Shown: piece after piece, positions 61,441-64,000 of the stretch
Layout: each line of letters starts with the position of its first letter
Numbering within the stretch: the first letter of the stretch is position 1
Assembly (NCBI RefSeq): GCF_016433145.1
Contig: NC_058131.1
Coordinates: forward strand, 593,338,549-593,402,548
DNA: 64,000 nucleotides
Direction: 5' to 3'
Origin: Gracilinanus agilis
Taxonomy: Eukaryota
Notes under the pieces: model-generated
Database searches by the model: none
The model's input: only the letters and a program-made list of their open reading frames with translations
Told to the model about the DNA's origin: nothing
Made by a program: the position numbers and the translations under genes

Positions 61441-61621
61441 TGGTAGTCAGGGAGGAATTAGGTAGTCAGGTGGGTTTGTAAGGATATAAAGATGATAAGC
61501 TATAAGGGTTTAGACACAAACTCTTCCCAGGCACATTGATGTGATTATCATTCCAGAATTCAAAAAGGGTAGGAAGTGGAGTATTTCTATATATTGTTAT
61601 GTTGGTTTTAACAGTGATATT

Positions 61622-62650
61622 TGTGGGAAACTATAAAATGCCAGTGATCTGTATCAATCAGGACTTAGTTGTCCCTTAATATATGGAAAGCACACACACA
61701 GGCTCTCAGCAGGCTTGAGTGAAAAGGGAGGGGCCCAATCTTGGAAGCACTCCTTTACTTCCCTCCTCCCACCAAACAGTTAGAAATCTGTTACAGATGG
61801 AGGTTGCTCTAATGTCTTCAGATCTCAATCAGGAAATAGGTAAGGCTGATCTCAAAGAGATATTAAGGGGCAGCTGGGTAGCTCAGTGGATTGAGAGTCA
61901 GGCCTAGAGACGGGAGGTCCTAGGTTCAAATCCGGCCTCAGACACTTCCCAGCTGTGTGACCCTGGGCAAGTCACTTGACCCCCATTGCCCACCCTTACC
62001 ACTCTTCCACCTAGGAGTCAATACACAGAAGTTAAGGGTTTTAAAAAAAAGATATTAACTTTATCTAAACTATTTCTCCACAGGTTTGAGTAAGGAGAAA
62101 ATAGTAAAAGCTTGATGTCTTGAGGCTTTCAGGGACAGAAGAAAGGTCAGGCTTTCGGCCACTTGGCTGGAGAAACTCAGTTTGAGGTGGTGAGTACATC
62201 CCTATATAATAGCCAGGCACAGCTCCCAAAAGATGAAGGGTTTAATGATATGTGGGGAAGGGAAGAAAGGGAAATTTGACAGGGATAAAATAAGGTCAGG
62301 GACCTTGGGTCCAAACAGCCCTTCTACCCCAGAGGGGAAAGGTATCTTGGTTAGCTATTCAACTCTCTAATCTAATAGATAATCTTCTCCTAAGGTCTAA
62401 ATAACTAATTTGAGGTAATAGTGAGGTTGATTGGAGGTCTTTTAGGCTAAAGTTGACAGCTCTCAAGAGCCCCAAGATCTGGGATCAGCAAACAGAGACC
62501 TGCTCACTTCAACCCCCAGGAATCAACTGCCCTTAACTGCCTTAAACTGCCCCCCTCACCCAGAATTCTCAGGGGCCCCCCTCAGAATTCTCAACTGAGG
62601 CTTGACCCACACTCTTGCAAGTGGAATTCCACTCTGCAATTTCTATGACA
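61622..62650. mobile_element. probable LTR interrupted by a SINE
   Basis: TGT...ACA bounded, GC-richer than flanks, internal short repeats (aactgcc x3, cagaattctca x2); TSD and orientation unresolved. Confidence 0.45.
61867..62049 (+). mobile_element. young SINE1_Mdo-like SINE
   Basis: Retains CpGs (gagacgggagg, tccggcc); TSD agatattaa at 61858-61866 and 62050-62058. Confidence 0.96.
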
Positions 62651-63489
62651 CAGTAAGCAAGGTACTATGAGGAATGTATAAAGTATAAGTATGCAAATAA
62701 AATTAAATACTAAATATAAGACGATCTTTGCCTTTAAGAGGCTTACTCTCTAATTGGTGAGATAAGTCATAAACTCATGAAAGTTCAAATAATAACACAG
62801 AACATCAAGATAGCCACAGATGGTCAGTCTTAAGGGAAGGTAGCCCAGAGATGTTATTGTACCTAGCAGCACCAGATCTCGGGATATGTACACAACTGTG
62901 ATGACTGCCCATTTGATTCATTCTGTTATTGGAAGCATCCCAAGAGAGGAGCATCTATGTACTTCTTGCCTTAGCCTACCAGTTGGCCTAGGATCAGCCT
63001 TGAAGAAAAAAAACATAGGAAGGGAGTAAGAGAAATAATAAGCTCTATGAGTTCATAGGAAAGAGATTTGTGCCACTCATTCCCCATGCCTCAGGGTATT
63101 CAGCACTACCTCTCTCTTTGTATTGCTTCCTATTTTTTTATTTACACAAAGGGCTTGGTGCCAAACACATAATTTCATTCATTACCAATTAATTCTCTCT
63201 TGCATTAGCGACTTTGCAAATAGCCTCCAAATGTCTTTTCTGAGGACTTTTTTTATTTGGCTTAATCTCTTGCCTCTTAATTTTGTCTATAAGATTGTGT
63301 TTTGACAATTTCTTCAAAAGGAATCTTGGGAGGGCCATAAGGAGAAAGAAATGATGTAATTGGAATAATTGTACAAAACTCTTTCCTTGCAAAAGCACTG
63401 CGTGGAAGTATCTCAAATACAAGAAGACAGCCAATGAGACAATCCGTTCATGAGAATACCTTGGAAATAATAATAAAAATTTGCATTTC

Positions 63490-63670
63490 CAGAGGTTTTT
63501 AAGGATTACAAAGTACTTTCTTATGTACAACAATGTCATAAGGCAAGTAAACCGAGCATTATTATCCCCATTTTATGGATGAGGAAACTGAGGATCCAGG
63601 AGGGTAAGTGACTTGACCCAAGGTTTCTGGTTCCAAGCCCAGTACTTTTTCTACTATGCCATACTGTTTC
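63490..63670 (-). mobile_element. MIR CORE-SINE
   Basis: cattattatccccattttatggatgaggaaactgagg...aagtgacttgacccaagg. Confidence 0.85.
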
Positions 63671-64000
63671 TCAAAAATATTTAAAAAAGATTGCCTTGTT
63701 CCAGTACGATTCACAATCCTACTCTGATGCTTCATCATTGCATGGAGGCGGCTCTGTGTTAGTGAAGCCCAAGTTTTGGGAGGTCCTAATAATCTGGAAA
63801 GAGTCTGAATAAAAGACTTGCTATAGACTGTCCAGGTTGGGTAACTCAATCTAAGTTCAGAAAAGGCCTTCACCAAAGGACACTGGCAACTAACTAGAAC
63901 CTAAAGAACCTTGAAGTGAACAAAAATATGGCACTTGGTCTGGTATAGCTCCCATTTTACTTCTGTAATAACAGAAGCAAAGTAGCAGGAGAAAGGGTAG

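Noticed and set aside
61867-61945. tRNA-like A/B boxes as a tRNA gene
   Set aside because: These are heads of tRNA-derived SINEs followed by CORE and tail sequence; there is no complete cloverleaf.
63189-63539. 116-aa minus-strand ORF
   Set aside because: It begins inside a MIR, is AT-rich and low in information, and has no recognisable domain or exit donor.

Overview
This is AT-rich, CpG-poor mammalian genomic DNA with six assembly gaps. The repeats point to a didelphid opossum (Monodelphis/Gracilinanus type): about ten SINE1_Mdo-like SINEs, MAR1/MIR CORE-SINEs, RTE-related SINEs, L1_Mdo-type 3' ends and MarsTigger-like MITEs. Family names are from my memory of consensus sequences, not from a database search. 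Roughly half the window is transposon debris (L1, L2, L3/CR1, SINEs, three solo-LTR-like elements, Tigger and hAT DNA elements). I recognise no protein-coding gene, rRNA, tRNA or CRISPR array. The ORFs in the track are L1 ORF2 remnants, gap artefacts, microsatellite frames or chance frames. The best-supported observations concern genome repair and insertion history. An old L1 carries a 33-bp templated patch (1577-1609). A ~130-bp templated duplication is fused to a 36-bp fold-back hairpin (18768-18990). One target site was used twice, by a SINE stub and then by a 5'-inverted L1 (19061-20763). A TA-flanked Tigger1-like element sits at 46930-47708. More speculatively, several strong minus-strand splice-site pairs and promoter-like patches (about 59.2, 56, 55.3, 35.3, 34.2, 32.3 and 30.6 kb) may outline an unidentified minus-strand transcription unit, and one patch holds a 42-codon single-TM-like smORF. 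Chance splice-site matches are common here, so these are hypotheses only. I see no evidence I can support for a wholly new biological system.
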